The notes below the pieces were generated by a model. The model was not told the DNA's origin. It was given only the letters and a program-made list of their open reading frames with translations, and did no database searches. From IMG/VR virus record IMGVR_UViG_3300013121_000032, positions 57,236 through 121,235 of that record: 64,000 nt of DNA. One strand, 5' to 3'. Position 1 is the first letter of the stretch. Every line of letters starts with the position of its first letter. This DNA is from a virus (taxonomy: Duplodnaviria > Caudoviricetes). The position numbers were made by a program, and so were the translations under genes. Positions 51,469-61,782 of the stretch are shown here, piece after piece.

Positions 51469-52113
51469 ATGGCATGGCAATTTATCAATAGAGTAGGTCT
51501 TGAAATGGAAGGTAATTGGAAGTTAGATGCGCTTCCAGCCGGATTAGGTACTGATCAATCAGTAAGGTGTCCTAGAGAATATCAACGTACCCATAAGCCT
51601 GGTGAGATCAGATCTCCCCTTTTGGATCAGAAAGATATTGAGCCTTGGATTATGTCTAATTTTCCGCATATTACCCATCCTTCATGTGGATTTCATGTCC
51701 ATGTATCTTTTAAGGATGTTAAACATTATCTCCTTTTAATGGAAAAAGGTTTTTGGAGATACTATCGATCAGAAATGAGGAAATTCGGACATAGGATGAA
51801 ATGTAATGATTCAGATAGATTGTTATTTTTTGATCGCTATGATGGAACTAATCAGTTTTGTAAACCTAATTTTATGCCAGATGAGCAAATAGCGAATGTA
51901 AATAGCAATCGTTATACACAATTGAATTTCAATGCTTGGCATAGACATAAAACTCTTGAAAACAGACTATTTCCAATGTTCTCAGATCCCAAAATCGCTA
52001 CCTTAGCTGTATTAAATTATTTAAATATAATTGAGGGTTACTTGACAAAAACAACACCAATAGAAGATAAGATGACTACATCATTAGAGGTTGATCTAGA
52101 TGAAACGGATTAA
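51469..52113 (+). CDS. Cassette 3, amidoligase
   Basis: VGLEMEG, DQSV, GEIRS, CGFHVHVS, FC, RYTQLN, TLENR. Confidence 0.85.
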   Translation: MAWQFINRVGLEMEGNWKLDALPAGLGTDQSVRCPREYQRTHKPGEIRSPLLDQKDIEPWIMSNFPHITHPSCGFHVHVSFKDVKHYLLLMEKGFWRYYRSEMRKFGHRMKCNDSDRLLFFDRYDGTNQFCKPNFMPDEQIANVNSNRYTQLNFNAWHRHKTLENRLFPMFSDPKIATLAVLNYLNIIEGYLTKTTPIEDKMTTSLEVDLDETD

Positions 52114-52321
52114 AACTGATTCAAATACAATTCCTGAATTAGGATATGATGGAGATACAAAGCTATTAGAGATTAAGCTACATACAGGAGCTATTTATCA
52201 TTATAGAGAAGTTGATCAAGTAGATATAGATAAGCTTGCAATCTTCGATTCTGTAGGTAAGTGGTTTAATCAAACTATCAGAACAAAATATGAAGGAATC
52301 CTTATAGGATCTGAACCTTAA
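52100..52321 (+). CDS. KTSC-domain protein
   Basis: IPELGYD..LEIKL.TG.IYHY..V..SVGKWFNQTIR..Y. Confidence 0.8.
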   Translation: MKRIKTDSNTIPELGYDGDTKLLEIKLHTGAIYHYREVDQVDIDKLAIFDSVGKWFNQTIRTKYEGILIGSEP

Positions 52322-52375
52322 ACCAAATTGCAGTATTATAATGGCATCGCAACCAACCAAAGAGGGCTTTAGAAT

Positions 52376-53155
52376 ATGTGTTTGTTAATCGTTGCACCTG
52401 AACAATTTCCAGATGATGAAGTACTGGCTAAGGGAGAGGAAAAATTTGGATGGGATGGAATTGGTGTAGCCTGGCGTCAAAATGGTCTTGTCCATTGGCG
52501 TAAGGGTATTACACTTGAACAACTAAAAGCAATAGGTAAGGATACTAAAGGTCCATGGCTTATTCACTTTAGACAGTCTACAGTAGGAAAAGCTATGCCT
52601 GAACTTTGTCATCCTTTTCCAGTTAACAAAGACGTATCCTTGAAATTGGAAGGTAAGGCTATGAGTGTTTTGGCTCATAACGGTCACTGGAATAATTGGG
52701 CTAATCGTCTTTTGAATTCCTTAGGAAAACATGAACTTCCTGATGGTCCTTGGTCAGACACTAGAGCTATGGCTTTCTTAACTGCAATTCATGGACGTGA
52801 GTATATGAAATTGGTGGATCATGCCGAAACTGGGGATTTTGGTAGAATTGCAATCCTCTCTAACACTGGACCAGTGTTTATGATGGGTAGGAATTGGTCT
52901 AAATATAAAGATCTCCATGTAAGTGTTGATATTGGATGGTACATGAAGAAAAAATCATCTAATAAAACCACTAGTCCTTGGAAAGATAACTTGAAAGAAG
53001 GTTTGGCTAATTGGTCTATTACTGCTGGTAAGCAAAGAGCACTTCAAACTAATCCAGTACATGCACAATCAGCATTTAGCGCTGAAATACAATCCGAGCA
53101 TCATATACAAGTAGCTGAATGTCTGGAAGATATGGGAATTATTGAGGAGGATTAA
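52376..53155 (+). CDS. Cassette 3, class II glutamine amidotransferase
   Basis: MCLLIVA, DGIG, HFR, CHPFP, HNG, WSDTR. Confidence 0.88.
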   Translation: MCLLIVAPEQFPDDEVLAKGEEKFGWDGIGVAWRQNGLVHWRKGITLEQLKAIGKDTKGPWLIHFRQSTVGKAMPELCHPFPVNKDVSLKLEGKAMSVLAHNGHWNNWANRLLNSLGKHELPDGPWSDTRAMAFLTAIHGREYMKLVDHAETGDFGRIAILSNTGPVFMMGRNWSKYKDLHVSVDIGWYMKKKSSNKTTSPWKDNLKEGLANWSITAGKQRALQTNPVHAQSAFSAEIQSEHHIQVAECLEDMGIIEED

Positions 53156-53563
53156 AAAAATGTCATTAGTTAAAACTGAACCAAAGCTTGGGAAAGGAAC
53201 AGTAATTAGACCGTGTTCATGTAAGTCAAAATTTCAAGATGAGGTATATGGAAAAGGTCTTAGGGTTAAAAATTGCTGCCCTAAATCTGATAAAAACTCA
53301 TCTTCTGAACCAAGATGTACAGTTTGTGGAACACGTTAAATAAAACTAATCGAGCTGGGCATCTCGCTTAAAACTGCTATGAATTTTGATATTTCATGGG
53401 TACTTGTTTTTACTGGAAAGTCATATCTCATCATTAGAGCTAGCTTATTTGAGCAGCTAGTTAATCATCCTACCTTTTTTCGTAGTCCTCCTACTGGAGT
53501 AATTCGCTTTGCTCCTGGTGTATCATTTGCGCTTGTCCAAAAGCTTGCTAGAGGGGTAATGGA

Positions 53564-54214
53564 ATGTTAGAGGCAATTACTTTTAACAAGGATTGGCGGA
53601 ATTGGAAGAAAGGTGAAACTGTTGAATTTAGACCTGATATTAATCTCTTGGTTGGTGATCAAGGATCAGGAAAATCTTCTCTAATTCAGGCAATTTGTGA
53701 ATTCAGAGAAAAGCAATCTGAATATGCTCGTAGAATAAAGTTTTATATTTCAGATATTGAAAGAAGTATTAAACAAAAATCTACTACTAAACCAAAAATG
53801 GATGAAACCATTTTAACAATCAAAACAACTGATGATAAAGGCATCAATATTGGAGTGTACGATTTTGAGAAAGATAATCTAAGGACATTAAGCTATTTTA
53901 AGGAAGGTTGTACTGGTGTTCAAATTGCTATGAAATTCATGTCTCATGGTCAGGCTAATATGAGTATGTTAGAAAAACTTCATCAAAGTGATATTGGACT
54001 CTATATCATGGATGAGCCTGATACAGCCCTCTCTATCAAAAGTATTTACAAATTGATAGATATCTTAAAGAAAACTCAAAATCAATTGATTTTGGCAGTA
54101 CATAATCCTATACTGATTTCATCAGTTAATGAGGTCTATAGTGTTGAGCATAGACAATGGATGAAATCAGAAAATTTTATTAAGGAGTGTGAAAAATGCT
54201 TAGACAAAAATTAG
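53564..54214 (+). CDS. Stand-alone ABC-type ATPase
   Basis: INLLVGDQGSGKS, signature MSHGQ, Walker B/D-loop IMDEPDTALS, H-switch AVHN. Confidence 0.85.
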   Translation: MLEAITFNKDWRNWKKGETVEFRPDINLLVGDQGSGKSSLIQAICEFREKQSEYARRIKFYISDIERSIKQKSTTKPKMDETILTIKTTDDKGINIGVYDFEKDNLRTLSYFKEGCTGVQIAMKFMSHGQANMSMLEKLHQSDIGLYIMDEPDTALSIKSIYKLIDILKKTQNQLILAVHNPILISSVNEVYSVEHRQWMKSENFIKECEKCLDKN

Positions 54215-54531
54215 CTGCATTTTTGATTAATGAAAGAGCTTCATTATCATACAAACACTATGCTGCACTTTCAGAAATGCTTGAAGTATCTGCCTCTCTT
54301 ATTTCTCAATCAGAAACAGCTAAAGCAAATTTGGTTGCCATGCGTAATCAAGCAATTCAACACTATAATTTAGGCGAAATTACAGGACTTTCATTAAATG
54401 AGTTGGCTTATAAAATGGTTAATACCCATCCAACAACTAATAAAATTCAATTTCTAAAAGATCTCCGAGTTTTAACTGATTGTGGATTAAAAGAAGCTAA
54501 AGATGCTATTGATGCTCAATTTGGAGTATGA
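54196..54531 (+). CDS. Protein with a ribosomal L7/L12 C-terminal-like motif
   Basis: NKIQFLKDLRVLTDCGLKEAKDAID. Confidence 0.7.
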   Translation: MLRQKLAAFLINERASLSYKHYAALSEMLEVSASLISQSETAKANLVAMRNQAIQHYNLGEITGLSLNELAYKMVNTHPTTNKIQFLKDLRVLTDCGLKEAKDAIDAQFGV

Positions 54532-54810
54532 GTAGACGAATGGCAGAGGTTTTATTTATGTCATGGAGAGAGCATATTAGAACCAAGAATAAACTCAATT
54601 TAATGTCTTTTCCGCAAGAAGATCTTAAATTGATCATAAGTATTTTGGAGGAAAAGGCTTTTATGCTTGATGATCAATGCACATGGCAAAAACAAAAAAT
54701 GAGAGATCAGATCCGCAAAATTTTAAATAAGCTCTATGATGGAGTGGAGGGACATTAAAAATGGTTAATATGGGCATTGATGATTATGGGATTAAAGTGA
54801 GGGCTGAGTA

Positions 54811-55470
54811 ATGGCATCTAGATTGCCAGTTGTGGCAGCTATTGGAGTTGAGCTAGAGGGTGGATATACAAATGCTCGACATGAAAAGCTTGTAATGTTA
54901 TCCCAAAAAATTCCTCATTTAAAAGTTGGAACTGACGGAAGTATTGAAGTTCCTGATAGGTTTGTAGATGCTGAAATTCGGCTAGGTCCATTAGCTCCTA
55001 ATATTTTGCTTTCAAAACTAAAAGATTATTATCCATCTATAGGTAATAAAAGTTGTGGACTGCATGTTCATATGTCTTTTATGGAGGAGGATTATTATAA
55101 CCTTTTAATGGATAAAAGGCTTTGGATAGATTACATCTATCCACGAATGAGAGAATTTGGTATTGATTGTGGAATTCCAAAAAATCATCCATTTTGGGCT
55201 AGATTAAATGGACGTAATCAATATTGTAAGGATCATTGGCAACCAGAAATAGCAAATAAAAATCTTAAGCTCTATGGGTATAACCAAGAATACTGGCTTA
55301 GAAATGCAGATCGCTATGCTAGGGTTAATTTTAGATCTACTTATGAGCATAAAACAGTTGAGTTTAGATTTCTTCCTTACTTTGAAAACCCTTCATTAGC
55401 TAAAGCAGCAATTAAGGAGCTAGTTGATATTGTAGAAAGCTTTATTAGAGAGAATAGAAAGAAAGCATAA
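54811..55470 (+). CDS. Orphan amidoligase (4th paralog)
   Basis: IGVELEG, DGSI, AEIR, CGLHVHMS, HPFWARLNG.NQYC, RYARVN, TVEFR. Confidence 0.85.
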   Translation: MASRLPVVAAIGVELEGGYTNARHEKLVMLSQKIPHLKVGTDGSIEVPDRFVDAEIRLGPLAPNILLSKLKDYYPSIGNKSCGLHVHMSFMEEDYYNLLMDKRLWIDYIYPRMREFGIDCGIPKNHPFWARLNGRNQYCKDHWQPEIANKNLKLYGYNQEYWLRNADRYARVNFRSTYEHKTVEFRFLPYFENPSLAKAAIKELVDIVESFIRENRKKA

Positions 55471-55507
55471 ACTTTACTTGCAATTCGGAAAACTTGAACT
55501 AGTATAA

Positions 55508-56125
55508 ATGCATCGACACCGGGAGGGGATGCAGATGATTACTCAAGAACAATTCCAACTGCAAGCACTTATTAGAGATGGAAAAATTCCAGCTAAGTCA
55601 ATTCAATTTGCTTCTGATATAGCCTCTAAATCGCTCACAAGCTATAAACAAAGAGAGTGGGTGACTAAGCTAGTTCGTCAGTATTCTCAAGAGAAACTAG
55701 ACCTTAATTTGTCTAATGTTGTGGAAATGATGGAAAATGCAAAACGCCATCTAAAGTATCCAAAAATCAATCTGCAATTCGCAGACGGGAAAACATTTAG
55801 GCTTAAAGCCTCATCTAAGCATACTGGAGTATATATTGATGGTGGATCATTCCAGTCTGAGTATTTTGAGTATTTTGGAAAAATTACACCAGAAGGAAAG
55901 GCCTATCTCCAACAATCTGAATATAAAGATGAATTGGAGTTAATCTTGAACGCATTCAGCCAAGATCTCACCAAAAGTGCTAGAGATTATGGGCTTCTAA
56001 CAGGAAATTGCTGCTTTTGCCTCTCACCTTTGAGTGATGAGAGATCTACAGAAATGGGCTATGGTCCTATATGTGCTGATCATTATAATCTGAACTGGGG
56101 AAATAAAATTAGAAGGAGTTCATAA
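55508..56125 (+). CDS. Phage protein with a C-terminal zinc-binding DUF6011-like motif
   Basis: CCFCLSPLSDERSTEMGYGPICA. Confidence 0.7.
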   Translation: MHRHREGMQMITQEQFQLQALIRDGKIPAKSIQFASDIASKSLTSYKQREWVTKLVRQYSQEKLDLNLSNVVEMMENAKRHLKYPKINLQFADGKTFRLKASSKHTGVYIDGGSFQSEYFEYFGKITPEGKAYLQQSEYKDELELILNAFSQDLTKSARDYGLLTGNCCFCLSPLSDERSTEMGYGPICADHYNLNWGNKIRRSS

Positions 56126-57751
56126 TTATGGCAAAGCTTCATTACAATGTCAGAGATTGTGGAGACGGTTCAGTTAGTGTTAGATTGGGTCTTTTATTAT
56201 TGTATTAACCCTAATAATACTTGCATCCTTCAAGATTCATGCAGATTAAGGGAGAGTTTTTAAATGAAATCTGAAGAAATAGATCGGCTTGAATGGCTTC
56301 AATCTAATAATTTTAAATTTAATTTCTATACAGAAAGACATCTTTTTACTGAAGAAAATAATCTTGTTAAGAAATTTCTCCAGGAATACCCACAATTAAA
56401 TCTTTATATTAACACTATTTGTAATGTTGAGCAGTCATACACTTTCCAAATACGTGGTAATGTTGGTATTAATGAATTTGAATTAATTCAAACAGCACTT
56501 ACAGAGATTGATTTTCTATATGAGTTGAGATTTAGAGGACGATCAACCAAATATAAAACTTCAAATGAGATAACTATTAAATTTCCATCATGTAGAGCTG
56601 AAATTGTTAAGTTCTATAAAGCATTAAAGTTTTTGGTTAACAATTTTGATGTAGAGTTTAGCAATTATGATGGTTCAGCAATCATAAATAAAAATACTTT
56701 AGAAGCAGAATACTTTGCCTGCGGGAGTTAAGAAAAAATGCTAATTGAGATGTTTACTGAATTAACTAAGCGATACCTTATGAAATATGGAATTTCTAGT
56801 CTGATCAATCGAATTTTGTCTATTATTAGGGAATATGATACCGAGCTAAGAACAGAGGCAGCAATTCTTGGGAAATTTGATGAATCAATTAATGAAAATT
56901 GTTTAACAATTTCTGAATTTGCTCAACAAGTAACCGCACTTGCTTCCCAAACTTATATGGACTAAGAAAAATGAAAGTTAAAGAATTAATTGAAACTCTT
57001 CAAGGTTTTGATCCAAATGCTATAGTAGTATATAAAGATGATGGTGGAGATGCTCATGATGTAGATCGAGTTCATGGATTCAAACCTAAACAAATTATAA
57101 TCGCTTCACAAGAACATCAACAAATAGCTATAGATAATGATTGCCATGAAGGAGATCCAGAACAATGGTGCATTGATCAATTTGAAAATGTTTTTGATAT
57201 CAATCGTAATAGTAGTATTAAAGGAAAAACTGTAGTAGTCTTTGCTCCACAATTTTAGAGAGGAAGTACAATGAATCTAAATCATCAATGTTGTCAATGT
57301 GGAAATAAAAATCCTCATACTAATATTTGCCCTAAACATGGCAAGCATTGTATGCATCAAATGTCTAATGTATGCCCTCCTACATGCCCTATAAACCCGT
57401 TTGGATTGTGTAAGGAGCATTCACCCATTGAAAAGATTCTAGAGAGCTTTGAAGTGCTTACAGCCTTGGGTTTGGAAAACTTTTCTGATGCTTTGGGAGG
57501 ATAATGAATTGATGGATAAATTAATTAATCTTGGTGGTGGATTACGTATTAAAGTTCCATTTGTTAATGAAGAAATATTTAAGTTAATGAATATTTGTGA
57601 TATTTGCCAAAATGTTGGTGAAATTTATTACAATCTTATTTGGAATGGAAAACAGGTAATTTGCCGAGGTTGTGATCGTAGAATTAAATGGAATTAATTA
57701 GACTTGATAGGCTAAATCCCATATAATTGCAATGTAATGGAGGGATGCTAA

Positions 57752-57952
57752 ATGTCATTTAGTACTATCAAGTCAATGAAATTGAGAGAAGTTATTAGCT
57801 TTCTAAAGGCTAATGGATTTGAGCAGGTGGAATCAGGAAAACACCTGAAATTTAAAAACTCTGTTAATCAACAGATTTTGATTCCTCATCATGGTAAGGA
57901 TGTTTCAAAACGGATCTTGAAGGATCTTTACTTGATATTGGGGGGAAAGTGA
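57752..57952 (+). CDS. HicA-family mRNA interferase-like protein
   Basis: EVISFLKANGFEQVESGKHLKFKN..ILIPHHGKDVSKRILKDL. Confidence 0.8.
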   Translation: MSFSTIKSMKLREVISFLKANGFEQVESGKHLKFKNSVNQQILIPHHGKDVSKRILKDLYLILGGK

Positions 57953-58042
57953 AAGAGTTTGATATTTGCCAAATTTGAGCTTCTTTCAAAATTGCTTGAC
58001 AATTAGAGACTTATACTCAATAAAGTTCAGCGAGGGGTTATC

Positions 58043-58294
58043 ATGGACAAGCTTATCAATAAAATAGGATCTAACCAATTGGAAATCCCAACTAGTGAGG
58101 GAAAATTTCTTTTTTCTTATGAAACTCCTGTAGCATATGAAACTGCTGATGGGAAGGTTTATGTTACTCAAAAGAAATATTCTTTGACTACTACAAAGCA
58201 TATTAATCGTTGGCTACAACAAAAGCAAAATCCGGTATATGTGCCGCAAGAGGCAATTACAGCCACTTTTACAGGCGCTGGTTTGTTTTCTTAA
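58043..58294 (+). CDS. Small phage protein
   Basis: FSYETPVA..YSLTTTKHINRWL, a pattern I recognise from phage early regions. Confidence 0.6.
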   Translation: MDKLINKIGSNQLEIPTSEGKFLFSYETPVAYETADGKVYVTQKKYSLTTTKHINRWLQQKQNPVYVPQEAITATFTGAGLFS

Positions 58295-58661
58295 GGAGAT
58301 CTGATGACAGTACAGGAGCTTATTCAAGAATTACAGCAGATTGCAGTATGATCATAGTCGCTTAGAAACTGGAGGAATTGGAGTGGAATTTTGGGAGAAA
58401 GGTTATTCTAAAGATAATCTAAACGATGACAAAGTTGTTATTACTGTTCCTTGGTGTTAAAATGAAAGCTTATAAAATTATTAGCTATGTGTTGGATTTT
58501 GAAAATCATGGTCCTGCTGAAATAGAAGTTGAGTTTCAAAATTCTAATTTACATATCAATATTACAGAAATTTCAGAGGCAGAAATAGGAGAATGGAGTG
58601 ATGATCATCCATTAAATTCCTCTAATGCAAAGCTTGATGACTATAAATGGAGTAGACTAAA

Positions 58662-59279
58662 ATGATTACATTTAATATATCTGACCAGCTTCTTGATATT
58701 AGAAGAAAAAATAATTGGACTCAGAAACATTTGGCTAGAATTCTGAAAACTGACATTAACAATATTTCAGCTATGGAAAGAGGAAAGCCAGTTTCAGAAC
58801 CGCTAATTGCTTACTATAATAAACAATCACTTGATATCAATTTGGAGAGTAGAAATCCCATGTCAACAACATCAACACTTTATGAGAATAAATTTAGAGC
58901 TACTACAGCTAAGCCTGTTCTTGATTTCTCTGTTATCTCTGCTGCATCTAAATATTTCTCACCTGAAAAGGGTGGCAGCTATAAGATTAAATCAATAGCT
59001 GATGATTTGACGCTAACAGGCGCTGAAATGATGAAATTGCTTAATACCAATGGAATAGGCACCTATTGTAGAGATCAATATTTTCCTCCTAAATCAGAAG
59101 AACATAGGAAGCTATTTGCTGAGCTTCTGAACATCCTAATGCTTTCTCAGGTGGTATTCAAGGGTAAGGATGCAGAAAGGCGTTTGTGGCTCCGTCTACC
59201 TAACGCAGATTTTGAATATCAAGCGCCAGTCCTTGCTAATCGGCAAAAAGTGATTGACTACCTTAAGAGGCTTGCTTAA
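58662..59279 (+). CDS. XRE HTH fused to an Xre/MbcA/ParS-like antitoxin C-terminal domain
   Basis: RRKNNWTQKHLARIL..ISAMERG; C-terminal VF..RLWLRLPNADFEYQAP..V..YL. Confidence 0.65.
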   Translation: MITFNISDQLLDIRRKNNWTQKHLARILKTDINNISAMERGKPVSEPLIAYYNKQSLDINLESRNPMSTTSTLYENKFRATTAKPVLDFSVISAASKYFSPEKGGSYKIKSIADDLTLTGAEMMKLLNTNGIGTYCRDQYFPPKSEEHRKLFAELLNILMLSQVVFKGKDAERRLWLRLPNADFEYQAPVLANRQKVIDYLKRLA

Positions 59280-60651
59280 AAAAATGTTAGATTTTACACA
59301 GATTAAAGACTCATTTAGGGCTATACTAAAAGGAGTATTAATTTGCATTATTTCCATACTGGTAATTGCTGGACCTATCAAACTAATACAAGACAGAACC
59401 AATTATGAGATAAAGTTCATAAAACATTGTGAAGATCTTTATGAACAGGGAAAGCTTAAACGATTTGCTATGGAAACTAGATTAAATGAGGATGGAGAAC
59501 TGCAAGCAATTTGGGGTTATTGTTTACCTGATGGAACACTAATTGATAATATCCATATTTATTTATCTGGAAAACCATGGCGAAAATACCAACCTTAAAA
59601 TTCTCTAATGTTACTTTGAGAAAGAAAGATAATAAAAAATGGGTAATTAGCCTATGTCCACTTGGTATTCTTGATTCTATAGTATTAAGCTTTCTTATGG
59701 TTTTAGAGGGATTAATTGGACTTCTATCATTTGGGCTTTTAAGATGGGAAATATCGACCTTTTATCGTTTTTGGAATAAAGAAGGAATTTATTAAGATAT
59801 GAATAATCTTTTTGCTAGTAAGCCGGGATTGCGTCTATTTGCTATTGGAATAGCCTCAGCATGTATTGCTATATTCTCTTTGATTATTTTTGCAATTCTT
59901 ATGTGTCAAATACTTATGAGTATTAATGCTACTCCATTTATGTGGGGATTGTTTTGGGTGTATATGTTTGGTGGTGTAGCTCTTCAAGTTCTTATATTAG
60001 CCATTAGAAGGGAATCTGAAGCACTTACTGATGAGGCTAAAGCGGCTATTAAAGCTCTTGATAAGAATTAGTTAATTTGCCTTATGAGTGTTTTTGCCTT
60101 ATGATTAAATGAGTGAGAGGGGCGATTTTTAAGTCGCTTAAACCACGAGGAAAAAGAGTATTAAAAATGTTGGACCTATTTTATAGCAGCAACCCAGACA
60201 AATAACACCCTATTAATTTTAGGGAAAATAGTCAAGGCCTGTACTCCTAACCCTCCCACATAATTTTAAGGTGAACAAAGATGAATAGAATTAGAGCATT
60301 AAAGGCAGCTATTGAATATGCACTCTATGATCAAGATGAAAATTTCTCTTACTTCTGTCATAAGGATTTAGGATTAAATTCTGAAGAAGTTTTGAAAGAA
60401 TTAAATACTTGGCTTTACAATATTGAAAAAATAAGGAAAAATATAAGGATCTACAATAAATGAATCTAACTGAAGAAAAAATTAAGGATTTGGAATACAA
60501 TTTCCAACAAGCAAAAAATCAATTAACTGGCAATAAGCCATCATCTGTATCTAAACAACAAGAGCAAAACTATGGAAGGGCATATCAGGCTTTATATAAA
60601 GCTGGACTACGCCCAAAACTCAAAAAGAAATATCATATAGGCTGCTAAATG

Positions 60652-60732
60652 AAAGGATCATTCTATATTAGACGTAAATAATAATGTCTGAGAAAAAGGA
60701 TCATGGGCTTTTCGTGGTAAATAATAATGTCT
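60652..60732. promoter_or_regulatory. Bipartite motif, copies 2 and 3 in tandem
   Basis: AAAGGATCAT-TCTATATTAGAC-GTAAATAATAATGTCT and AAAGGATCAT-GGGCTTTTCGTG-GTAAATAATAATGTCT. Confidence 0.8.
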
Positions 60733-60777
60733 GAAAATCAGCCTTAAATCCTCCTACCAGGGTTAGTAGAGAGCTAA

Positions 60778-60835
60778 TAGACCGGTCATCTAGCTTCTTG
60801 CTATTGTAGACCGGTCATCTAGCTTCTTGCTATTG
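60778..60835. repeat. Perfect 29-bp tandem repeat TAGACCGGTCATCTAGCTTCTTGCTATTG x2
   Basis: 60778-60806 and 60807-60835 are identical. Confidence 0.92.
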
Positions 60836-61098
60836 CCTGTAACATTAAGTGGATTTAATCTCAACTTAACATCTAGTGCAGCTAGCACATTAGAGCAAAT
60901 TAATGTGTAACGTTAACTCAATCTCATAATTTGTGTGGCAATTTCGTGACATGGGGAAATATTAAATGCAATTAGACCGGTCGGTCTAAAATCGCTTAAA
61001 AATTTTAATAATTGGTGCCATAAATTTGCCACATTTGGCGCATTAAGATCCAAATAACCCGCGCGGAATGTTCCGCCGGATTTGGAGAAAACAAAATT

Positions 61099-61782
61099 AT
61101 GCCAAACTTTGAAAGCGCCTATTTCCGTGCTGGTCGTGTTGGTTCGTCCATTACATGTCCGCCATGTGGTAACCAACAAGAATTAGATACCAATTCAGCT
61201 TACATATTTGCACCAATAGAACATATTTCACTTACCGAATTATTTGGATCTACTCATGCGGATGTCAGGCAGAATTGGACTTGTAATTCATGCTCACAAG
61301 AAGCATGGCGAGAGCCGGTGAATCGACAAGAAGAGGTAGTTGCGGATTGTCCAATTGCACCTATTTCAGGCGAGTTTATTGAATTCGGATACATCTATCA
61401 GCCACATACTGGAAAGGTTACTTTCAAGGCAAAATCCAAGCACTTAGAAGATCTTTTCAAGCGTCAAGGTAATAACAGAAAAGTAACCCATGGTGGCAAG
61501 GAATACTGGTACATTCCTGACTCACTCAATTCTGGAATTGTAGACTCTATAAACTTGGGTATTAATACCGCCGGTTACAAGAACTATGGCGACTGGAATT
61601 TAGGCCATATTTTGAGATTACCTGGCTTGTCAGAAGGAATTGAAGTGGAGTACCCATGCTCTAATCCAAACGAATTGGATCTACTTGGTCCATTGTTCGC
61701 CAAACTGATGAAAGCTATTTATTCCAAATATCTTAAAACCAAAGAATACAGAGTAACCATGTCAATTGTTGATTGCCAATAA
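61099..61782 (+). CDS. Cassette 5, protein X with an N-terminal zinc ribbon
   Basis: CPPC..CNSC; SKHLEDLF; WNLGHILRLPGLSEGIEVEY; YSKYLK; GGAG RBS. Confidence 0.72.
   Translation: MPNFESAYFRAGRVGSSITCPPCGNQQELDTNSAYIFAPIEHISLTELFGSTHADVRQNWTCNSCSQEAWREPVNRQEEVVADCPIAPISGEFIEFGYIYQPHTGKVTFKAKSKHLEDLFKRQGNNRKVTHGGKEYWYIPDSLNSGIVDSINLGINTAGYKNYGDWNLGHILRLPGLSEGIEVEYPCSNPNELDLLGPLFAKLMKAIYSKYLKTKEYRVTMSIVDCQ

Noticed and set aside
60652-60835. Repeat-spacer-repeat pattern as a mini CRISPR array
   Set aside because: Spacers are only 12 nt, the unit has two different boxes, the 29-mers have no spacer, and no cas operon is present.
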